Below are positions 9,607 through 16,696 of a DNA stretch of 27,030 nt, one piece after another. The notes beneath the pieces were generated by a model. It saw nothing but the letters and a program-made list of their open reading frames with translations. It did no database searches and was not told the origin of the DNA. Every line of letters starts with the position of its first letter. Positions within the stretch are counted from its first letter, which is position 1. The stretch spans positions 247 to 27,276 of the forward strand of contig JBMZNW010000002.1 of the NCBI GenBank assembly GCA_049619915.1. Reading direction: 5' to 3'. The position numbers and the translations under genes were made by a program. This DNA comes from Gammaproteobacteria bacterium. GTDB taxonomy: Bacteria; Pseudomonadota; Gammaproteobacteria; Eutrophobiales; Eutrophobiaceae.

Positions 9607-10378
9607 TATATTCTCGTACTTCTATATTTTGTTTCGCCATACAGGCTTTTGCTTCTGCGACAGTATGTTCACCAAAGTGAAAAATACTGGCTGCCAATAC
9701 CGCATCAGCTTTTCCATGGAGCACACCGTCAGCCAAATGTTCTAGATTACCAACGCCGCCGGACGCAATAATCGGAATATTCACGGCTTCACTAACAGCA
9801 CGAGTCAATTCAATATCAAAGCCATCGCGCGTTCCGTCTCTGTCCATGCTGGTGAGCAATATCTCTCCGGCGCCGAAGTCGGCCATTTTTTGTGCCCATT
9901 CGATGACATCAAGGCCGGTTGTATTGCGTCCGCCGTGTGTAAATACTTCCCATTTTTTTTCGTTTTCGGATTCAACTTGTTTTGCATCTATAGCAACAAC
10001 AATACACTGAGAACCAAACTGTTGTGCTGCGCGGCGGACAAATTCGGGATCTTTAACAGCCGCCGTATTGATGCTGACCTTATCGGCACCTGCTTTTAAC
10101 ATGCGTTGTATGTCTTCAATGCTGCGTATACCGCCACCGACGGTAAGCGGAATAAAAACCTGACTGGCAACTTGTTCGACAACATGCACCATGGTTTCGC
10201 GATCATCGCTACTGGCAGTAATATCTAAGAAGGTTATTTCGTCAGCGCCTTGCTTATCATAACGATTCGCAACTTCGACTGGATCGCCGGCATCACGGAT
10301 ATCAACAAACTGGACGCCTTTAACAACCCTGCCATTATCAACGTCAAGACAAGGTATAATGCGTTTGGCAAGACCCAT
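9587..10378 (-). CDS. hisF: Imidazole glycerol phosphate synthase cyclase subunit
   Basis: 263 aa; [41 protein letters not shown]. Confidence 0.98.
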   Translation of the reverse strand: MGLAKRIIPCLDVDNGRVVKGVQFVDIRDAGDPVEVANRYDKQGADEITFLDITASSDDRETMVHVVEQVASQVFIPLTVGGGIRSIEDIQRMLKAGADKVSINTAAVKDPEFVRRAAQQFGSQCIVVAIDAKQVESENEKKWEVFTHGGRNTTGLDVIEWAQKMADFGAGEILLTSMDRDGTRDGFDIELTRAVSEAVNIPIIASGGVGNLEHLADGVLHGKADAVLAASIFHFGEHTVAEAKACMAKQNIEVREYNEQVAG

Positions 10379-10406
10379 TAATTATCCTTTTTTTTAATAG
10401 ATTACT

Positions 10407-11147
10407 TTAATCAGTGCAGAGTTCATCAGCCAGTGTTTGCGCTTCTGAAAGATTAAGCGAGCCTTCGTAAATAGCACGACCGGTAATAGCACCAAAAATA
10501 CCTTCTTCACGCGCTTCACATAGTGCGCGGATATCATCGATATTCGTTATGCCGCCCGAAGCAATGACAGGAATGGTTATGTTTTGGCAGATTTCAACCG
10601 TTGCTTCAACATTAACGCTGTTCATCATGCCGTCACGACCAATATCAGTGAATATAATCGCAGCAACACCGTCTTCTTCAAATCGGTGTGCCATATCTGT
10701 TGCATCATGGTGCGACAGTTTCGACCAACCATTGGTAGCGAGTTTTCCGTTTTTAGCATCGAGGCCAACAATAATGTGTCCAGGAAACTCAAGACAAACA
10801 TCGGAAACAAAGTGTGGCGTTGTTACTGCACGCGTGCCGATAATGACAAAAGACACGCCAACGTCGAGATAACTTTGGATAACATCTTCGTCACGAATAC
10901 CGCCGCCGACTTGTATCGGAATATCCGGGAAAGCGCTGCAAATATCATGAATCACATCAGCATTACTCGGTGTGCCATTAACGGCGCCATCAAGATCTAC
11001 CAGGTGTAAGCGTCGAGCGCCTTCATCCACCCATTTTTTAGCCATCTCGACCGGGTCGTTGGCATAAACAGTTTCTTGATCCATTTGCCCTTGTTTCAGG
11101 CGAACGCATTTACCATCTTTGATATCAATTGCAGGAATAATTAACAT
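10407..11147 (-). CDS. hisA: ProFAR isomerase HisA
   Basis: 246 aa; [42 protein letters not shown]. Confidence 0.97.
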   Translation of the reverse strand: MLIIPAIDIKDGKCVRLKQGQMDQETVYANDPVEMAKKWVDEGARRLHLVDLDGAVNGTPSNADVIHDICSAFPDIPIQVGGGIRDEDVIQSYLDVGVSFVIIGTRAVTTPHFVSDVCLEFPGHIIVGLDAKNGKLATNGWSKLSHHDATDMAHRFEEDGVAAIIFTDIGRDGMMNSVNVEATVEICQNITIPVIASGGITNIDDIRALCEAREEGIFGAITGRAIYEGSLNLSEAQTLADELCTD

Positions 11148-11307
11148 GATCTTTAAGCTCGATGAATATCGATAAGTTGTAAGTTATACGAAAAACGAGG
11201 TTTATTATTAATAGTTCTTAATTTTAAGTTGTTTTGTGTAATTTTAGCACATCAACAGCAATCTCATAGTGCAAATTTAAGCGGCTGAATAATTCCGGTT
11301 TGGGCTA

Positions 11308-14049
11308 TTAGTGTGCTTCATCCCAGTTGCTGCCCTGTCCAATATCAACCACCAGGGGTACTTTAAGTTTATCGTTTTCAGACATACGTGCGTCAATTTC
11401 GCTCTTAAATTCATCAAGCTTATCTGTCGCAACTTCGAACACGAGTTCGTCATGCACCTGCATAATCATTTTTGCATCAAAATTTGTTTGCTCTAGCCAA
11501 TTATCAATATTGATCATCGCCAATTTGATGATATCTGCGGCTGTGCCTTGCATTGGTGCATTGATTGCGGTGCGTTCGGCATATTGTCTTCTTGCCGCAT
11601 TACGCGCATTAATTTCTGGCAGATACAAGCGCCGTTGATAAACCGTTTCAACAAAACCATCTTGTTTCGCTTTTTCTCGCGTGTCATCCATATAGGCTTT
11701 AACGCTGGGATAACGACTAAAATACAAATCGATATATTCTTTCGCTTCGCCGCGGCCAATACCAAGTTGTTTTGCCAGCCCAAAAGCTGACATGCCATAA
11801 ATTAAACCAAAATTAATGGCTTTAGCTGCGCGGCGTTGGTCATTGCTGACTTCATCAATATTGGTAGAGAAGACTTCCGCCGCTGTTGTTTTATGAATAT
11901 CCAGCCCTTTATCAAATGCGTCTAATAAACTTTCGTCGCCGGATAAGTGCGCCATGATGCGTAATTCGATTTGTGAATAATCGGCTGCGACCATTGTGTA
12001 ACCTTCTGGCGCAACAAAGGCGAGCCGTATTTTTCTGCCTTCTGGTGTGCGAATTGGAATATTTTGTAAATTCGGGCTTGATGATGAAAGTCGACCCGTT
12101 GCCGCTACGGCTTGATGATAGGACGTGTGTACGCGACCGGTGTCTAAGTTAATCATCTGCGGTAATTTTTCGGTATAGGTCGATCGCAGTTTACTGACGC
12201 CGCGATGTTCGAGAATAAGTTTAGGCAAACTATAGTCTTCTGCTAATTCTTGCAACACGGATTCAGCTGTCGACGGTTGTCCCTTTGGTGTTTTTGCCAA
12301 AACCGGTAAATCCATTTTTTCATAGAGAATGGTTTGGATCTGTTTAGGCGATCCAATATTAAATGTTTCGCCAGCAAGGTCATGCGCTTCCATTTCAATC
12401 TCCTGCATGCGGCTTTGTAATTCGTGACTTTGTTCTAGCAACAAATCTGAATCAATAACCACACCGTTGCGTTCAATACGCGCAAGCACTGGCATTAATG
12501 GCATTTCAATGTCGTTATAAACTGATTGTAATGATTTGTGCTTTTTTAAATCAGACGACAAAACGCGATGTAGTTTTAAAACTATATCAGCATCTTCCGC
12601 TGCATAAGGCGCGGCATCTTCTATAGCCACTTCATTAAAGGAAATTTGTTTTGCGCCTTTGCCGGCAACATCTTCGTAATGAATCGTTTCGATATTCAAT
12701 AAAGTTGATGCTAATGAATCCATATCATGTCGACCGGAAGTACTGTTAACGACATAAGACTGAAGCATGGTGTCGTGTGCAACGCCACGTAATGCAATGC
12801 CATGATTGGCAAACACTTCCATATCGTATTTTAAATTTTGTCCGATCTTCTTTTTATTCTCGTCTTCAAGAATAGGCTTAAGCTTTTCCAATGTTTCTTC
12901 AAAAGGAAGTTGCTCAGGCGCGTCAGCGTAATCATGTTGCAGAGGTAAATAAGCCGCGCTGTTTTCTGTTACTGCAAAAGAAAGCCCGACTATTTTCGCT
13001 TGCATGTAATCAAGGCTGGTTGTTTCTGTATCAATCGAGATTAAATATGCGTTATTTAATTTATCAATCCATTCATTTAATTGTGTCTCGGTTAATATTG
13101 TTTCGTAATTTTTTTCGCCATCATTAACAGGCTCTACTTCTTCTTCAATGTCTTCGTCTTCCGAGCTTTCTTCTTCGTAGTCCTCTGTTTCATCTTCTGG
13201 CTCGTCGAGTTGCGCTAACCAAGTACGAAAATTCCAGTAGCTGTATATTTCTCTTAAGGTTGAATTATCTGGATCACTAATCACTAAATCTTCTGGTGTT
13301 AAATCAAGTTCTACATCGTATTTAAGTGTCACCAGTTCTCTGCTTAAAGGTAGTTGCGGTAAGAACTCACGCAGATTCTCGCCAACCTTGCCCTTAATTT
13401 CGTCAGCGCGGCTCATTATCTCGTCGATAGAACCAAATTGATTTATCCATTTAACCGCTGTTTTCGGACCCACTTTCGGTACGCCCGGGACGTTGTCTGC
13501 GGTGTCGCCCATCAATGCTAGGTAATCAATAATCTTTTCCGGTGGTACACCGTATTTTTCCAACACGCCATCGCGATCGAAATAAGTATTACTCATGGTA
13601 TTAATTAAATGGATTTTATCCGTCACCATTTGCGCCAGATCTTTATCGCCGGTCGAAACAATCGTTTTGATATTGTTGTTTGCTGCCTGTCTCGACAAGG
13701 TTGCGATAACGTCATCTGCTTCGACGCCATCAATCATGATTAAGGGAATGCCCAGTGCGCGAATTAAATTATGTAAAGGTTCGATTTGCGCGCGTAAATC
13801 ATCCGGCATCGGTGGCCGATTTGCCTTGTATTCTTTATAGAGGTCATTGCGAAAAGTTTTGCCCTTAGCATCAAACACAACAGCAAAATAATCCGGACCA
13901 CCTTCGGTTAAGTGCTTCTGGATCATATTAATGACGCCATAAATTGCGCCGGAAGGCTCGCCTTTGGAATTGGTCAAGTCACGAATTGCATGGTAAGCAC
14001 GGAACAGATAATACGAACCGTCAACCAACACCATAGTATGTTCTGTCAT
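11308..14049 (-). CDS. polA: DNA polymerase I
   Basis: 913 aa; 5'-3' exonuclease (LVDGSYYLFRAY, EADDVI, TGDKD), intact 3'-5' exonuclease motifs (DTETT, GQNLKYD, YAAEDAD), polymerase motifs A/B/C (DYSQIELR, KAINFGLIYG, QVHDELVFE). Confidence 0.99.
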   Translation of the reverse strand: MTEHTMVLVDGSYYLFRAYHAIRDLTNSKGEPSGAIYGVINMIQKHLTEGGPDYFAVVFDAKGKTFRNDLYKEYKANRPPMPDDLRAQIEPLHNLIRALGIPLIMIDGVEADDVIATLSRQAANNNIKTIVSTGDKDLAQMVTDKIHLINTMSNTYFDRDGVLEKYGVPPEKIIDYLALMGDTADNVPGVPKVGPKTAVKWINQFGSIDEIMSRADEIKGKVGENLREFLPQLPLSRELVTLKYDVELDLTPEDLVISDPDNSTLREIYSYWNFRTWLAQLDEPEDETEDYEEESSEDEDIEEEVEPVNDGEKNYETILTETQLNEWIDKLNNAYLISIDTETTSLDYMQAKIVGLSFAVTENSAAYLPLQHDYADAPEQLPFEETLEKLKPILEDENKKKIGQNLKYDMEVFANHGIALRGVAHDTMLQSYVVNSTSGRHDMDSLASTLLNIETIHYEDVAGKGAKQISFNEVAIEDAAPYAAEDADIVLKLHRVLSSDLKKHKSLQSVYNDIEMPLMPVLARIERNGVVIDSDLLLEQSHELQSRMQEIEMEAHDLAGETFNIGSPKQIQTILYEKMDLPVLAKTPKGQPSTAESVLQELAEDYSLPKLILEHRGVSKLRSTYTEKLPQMINLDTGRVHTSYHQAVAATGRLSSSSPNLQNIPIRTPEGRKIRLAFVAPEGYTMVAADYSQIELRIMAHLSGDESLLDAFDKGLDIHKTTAAEVFSTNIDEVSNDQRRAAKAINFGLIYGMSAFGLAKQLGIGRGEAKEYIDLYFSRYPSVKAYMDDTREKAKQDGFVETVYQRRLYLPEINARNAARRQYAERTAINAPMQGTAADIIKLAMINIDNWLEQTNFDAKMIMQVHDELVFEVATDKLDEFKSEIDARMSENDKLKVPLVVDIGQGSNWDEAH

Positions 14050-14244
14050 GAGGGATTGAGTCTTTTGTTTTTATTTTCAGTAGTCAAATTATGACAGTTT
14101 CACGAAAAAATCTCAGGTTTTAGAAAATTCAATGATATGCCGATAATGTGATGGAATTAAGTTCGATCTGCTTCATCTAGCCCGGGTGAGGTGGTAAAGT
14201 ATAAAGATAAGGGTTTAGATAATAACTAAATAGGACAGGATAAT

Positions 14245-14586
14245 ATGAAGAGGCTAATCATTGCATTTGGACTACTTTTCGCATCAACTGCGCTAATAGC
14301 AAACGATAACGATCAGATCGAATTCGAGCCAGTACCTGAGCCGCCTGAATTACCCGATCCTTTAGAAACCGGTGAAAATATTGAGCCAGTTGTCACCATT
14401 ATCAAAAAAGACGATGCCACCATCGAAGAATATCGAGTTAATGGCAATCTTTACATGGTCAAAGTAACTCCTGCTGTCGGGCCTTCCTATTATTTGGTTG
14501 ATAATAATGGCGATGGCCAACTTAATTCCAGAAGACACGAGCTTGATAATGTTGTTGTTCCAACTTGGGTTTTGTTTCGCTGGTAA
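14245..14586 (+). CDS. DUF2782 family exported protein
   Basis: 113 aa; signal peptide; EEYRVNGNLYMVKVTP...YYLVD signature; divergent from polA as is common in Proteobacteria; AGGA SD. Confidence 0.8.
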   Translation: MKRLIIAFGLLFASTALIANDNDQIEFEPVPEPPELPDPLETGENIEPVVTIIKKDDATIEEYRVNGNLYMVKVTPAVGPSYYLVDNNGDGQLNSRRHELDNVVVPTWVLFRW

Positions 14587-14610
14587 GACTTAAAAAGTAA
14601 AACTCTTTTC

Positions 14611-15018
14611 ATGCAAACGTTTTCCGTATTCACATATGGAACGTTACAATTTCCCGAAGTCATGCAAGCCGTTACTGGTTTGGATCTAAAACCAGTAGCC
14701 GCAAACTTATCTGGCTATCAACGTTTTAAAATTAAAGAACGCACCTTCCCCGGCCTGATTAAGAAACAAGGCATCATTACCGACGGTATGCTTTATCGTG
14801 ATCTTGATGAAGCTGCTATTGAAAATCTCGATCTGTTTGAAGATGTGATGTATGAACGTTGTTTAGCTGACGTGAAAGTCGGTAATGAAACAGAACAAGC
14901 TTTTGTTTACGTGACACAGAAAGAATATGAAGGTTGTTTATTAGATCAGGAATGGAGTTTGGAAGAGTTTAGAAAGAAGTATTTGAAGTTGTATTTAAAA
15001 AGAATTGTTGGGTTTTAG
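14611..15018 (+). CDS. Gamma-glutamylcyclotransferase / AIG2-like family protein
   Basis: 135 aa; FTYGTL motif, LDLFED..YER, AFVYV. Confidence 0.85.
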   Translation: MQTFSVFTYGTLQFPEVMQAVTGLDLKPVAANLSGYQRFKIKERTFPGLIKKQGIITDGMLYRDLDEAAIENLDLFEDVMYERCLADVKVGNETEQAFVYVTQKEYEGCLLDQEWSLEEFRKKYLKLYLKRIVGF

Positions 15019-15041
15019 TTAATCGTTCTTTTTTGATATTG

Positions 15042-15300
15042 GTTTCGCCTGATGGCGAGTCTGCCGCTCTTTTGCATCCACGCGATCACAGTATTAAGTA
15101 CATCCATGTACAAAACGTTTCTTGCATGAATTGAGAATCAGAATATATACGGATGTATTAATGTCTTTAGAGGACAGGAGTCCGAAGCGATTAAGCTGCC
15201 TCAAATGACTTGTTGATCTTCGTTATTCAACGTCGCTTGTACACCGTACATACAGTCTTCTTTGGCTGATTATGCTAAAATGGCTCCTGTCAGTTTTCCG
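15042..15300. repeat. Mosaic of intergenic repeat subunits (terminal hairpin, GGA-loop hairpins on both strands, subunit shared with the 8581-8845 element)
   Basis: tcgcc-tgat-ggcga (15045-15058); gtac-atccat-gtac (15098-15111; AUGGAU loop on minus); atac-ggat-gtat (15147-15158); ggac-agga-gtcc (15172-15183); cttcgttattcaa (15218-15230) vs cttcgttatcaa (8740-8751). Confidence 0.65.
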
Positions 15301-15403
15301 CTTGCATAACTGCCTAACTCAGTAAGGATAAGGAAACATTCAATGAGCACTAAAGTATGAATGGATTTATCTGTCTGTCTGCTTTTGGAATTAATTATAG
15401 GAA

Positions 15404-15715
15404 TTAAAACAAACCAACTGCTTCTAATAATAGCAATACTGCAAAACTCGCAGCATAAATACCAGCAGGAATATTAAAAAAATTTTTCAGCTCACTATTA
15501 TCAAGCCCGGAAATTCCTCTAAATATCATTATCAATGAAATAATGCTTCCTATCAGCAATGGAATTGCTTGTGTTATACCAAGATAAAATAGATACCAAA
15601 TAGGAGCCCCATGAACTGTGCCCGAAAATGCTGTAAACATAGCAAGCATAAATACGCCCGCCGCCCAACCTATAAATCCAAAAATAAACTCTAATGCTTT
15701 TTTGAGATCATCCAT
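15404..15715 (-). CDS. Hypothetical small membrane protein (about 3 TM helices)
   Basis: 103 aa with three hydrophobic segments; ATG start, weak GCGGA SD; no family recognised. Confidence 0.7.
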   Translation of the reverse strand: MDDLKKALEFIFGFIGWAAGVFMLAMFTAFSGTVHGAPIWYLFYLGITQAIPLLIGSIISLIMIFRGISGLDNSELKNFFNIPAGIYAASFAVLLLLEAVGLF

Positions 15716-15724
15716 TAATAAAAT

Positions 15725-15779
15725 TCCGCTTTGAGTCGTTAGCTATATACTAACATTATAGATAATTCTTGAAAGCGGA
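15725..15779. other. Imperfect palindrome, candidate recombination (att-like) or operator site
   Basis: tccgcttt (15725-15732) / aaagcgga (15772-15779) perfect 8-bp inverted repeat; inner gttag (15738-15742) / ctaac (15750-15754); lies 9 nt upstream of the orphan gene start. Confidence 0.5.
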
Positions 15780-15832
15780 CATGAAATTGTTTTTGAATTT
15801 CTTCCCGTTATGTCATGCTGAGTAAGTCATTA

Positions 15833-16016
15833 GTTATAGGGTCAATTGTACAGGAAGTACAATTGAGCGCATTCGATCATGGATGAGCGTATGCGCGCCC
15901 CGTAATAACTGATGGCTTACGAAGGGAGCCGTAGGCCATGACATTAGGGTGCTCTTCTCTTTGGTTACTTTTTCTTGAGCACGCAAGAGAAAGTGACTCG
16001 CTGTTATAAGCGAAAC
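15833..16016 (+). ncRNA. Structured repeat/ncRNA candidate resembling the TwoAYGGAY motif, with CsrA-type GGA loops
   Basis: Basal stem gttat/ataac enclosing a perfect 10-bp hairpin tcaattgtac-AGGAA-gtacaattga (15842-15866) and gcgcat...AUGGAU...atgcgc (15867-15896); then atggcttacg-aagggagc-cgtaggccat (15912-15939), a 14-bp hairpin (15964-15997) and tcgct-gttata-agcga (15998-16013). Family match from pattern recognition only. Confidence 0.55.
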
Positions 16017-16091
16017 AAATTTAAAGAAGAGTAGTGATATAAAATTTTTTTGTTGAACTTAAGGAACAAAAGCGTACCTATCTCAAAACCC

Positions 16092-16126
16092 TTGCCAATA
16101 TTAAAGTGATAGAATAGTATCACTTT
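16092..16126 (+). promoter_or_regulatory. Sigma70-type promoter of the TA operon with overlapping palindromic operator
   Basis: TTGCCA (16092-16097) - 17 nt - TAGTAT (16115-16120); perfect 9-bp inverted repeat aaagtgata (16103-16111) / tatcacttt (16118-16126). Confidence 0.7.
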
Positions 16127-16384
16127 ATGAAAGTTGAATTAGTCACTACTCTGAAGCGTCAGGCAACGAAAATCTTGTCAGACTTACATAAATCTAAAGA
16201 ACCCGTTCTTATTACTGAGCATGGACAGCCATCAGCGTATCTTCTTGATGTCGATGATTATGAAATGATGAAAAGCCGGATGGAGATACTGGAAGGAATA
16301 GCCCGTGGAGAAACGGCTATTTTGGAAGGCCGGACAGTTAGCCATACTCAAGCTAAAGAAAAAATGAGTAAATGGTTAAAATAG
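16127..16384 (+). CDS. Type II antitoxin, Phd/YefM family
   Basis: 85 aa; LKRQATKIL...EPVLITEHGQPSAYLLDVDDYE Phd/YefM N-terminus; upstream of and overlapping a ParE/RelE gene. Confidence 0.92.
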   Translation: MKVELVTTLKRQATKILSDLHKSKEPVLITEHGQPSAYLLDVDDYEMMKSRMEILEGIARGETAILEGRTVSHTQAKEKMSKWLK

Positions 16385-16689
16385 TTTGGACTGAGCCAGC
16401 ATTATCTGATTTAAATGACATTGCTGAATATATCGCTATAGATAAGTTCAGCGCCGCTCAAAAACTGGTTAAAGATGTTTTTTCGAGAGTAGAGCTGTTA
16501 AAACAATCGCCAAGCTCTGGAAGAAAACCTCCCGAACTTTCTCGTTCAAGATATAGAGAAGTTATTGTTGGGCCCTGTCGGGTTTTCTATCGTTATACTG
16601 AGAATAAAGTATTTATTCTTTATGTGATGCGTAGCGAACGCGTTTTAGCAAAATACATTCTTAATGAAAGAGAAAGTAGCAATAAATAA
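16372..16689 (+). CDS. Type II toxin, RelE/ParE family
   Basis: 105 aa; IVWTEPALSDLNDIAEYI, P.SGR.PPEL, YREVIV..CRVFYR; 13-nt overlap with the antitoxin. Confidence 0.92.
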   Translation: MVKIVWTEPALSDLNDIAEYIAIDKFSAAQKLVKDVFSRVELLKQSPSSGRKPPELSRSRYREVIVGPCRVFYRYTENKVFILYVMRSERVLAKYILNERESSNK

Positions 16690-16696
16690 ATCTTTA

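Noticed and set aside
10549-11009. Antisense ORFs of 107 and 141 aa over hisA, and similar ones over polA, mgtE, ptsI, rapZ, ptsN, rpoN and lptB
   Set aside because: Shadow ORFs opposite well-conserved genes, with no motifs or independent expression signals.
15304-16058. Integron-like core sites: gcataac/gcctaac (15304-15318) and gttgaac (16052-16058)
   Set aside because: No complementary partner box at attC distance and orientation, no L boxes, and no intI in the window.
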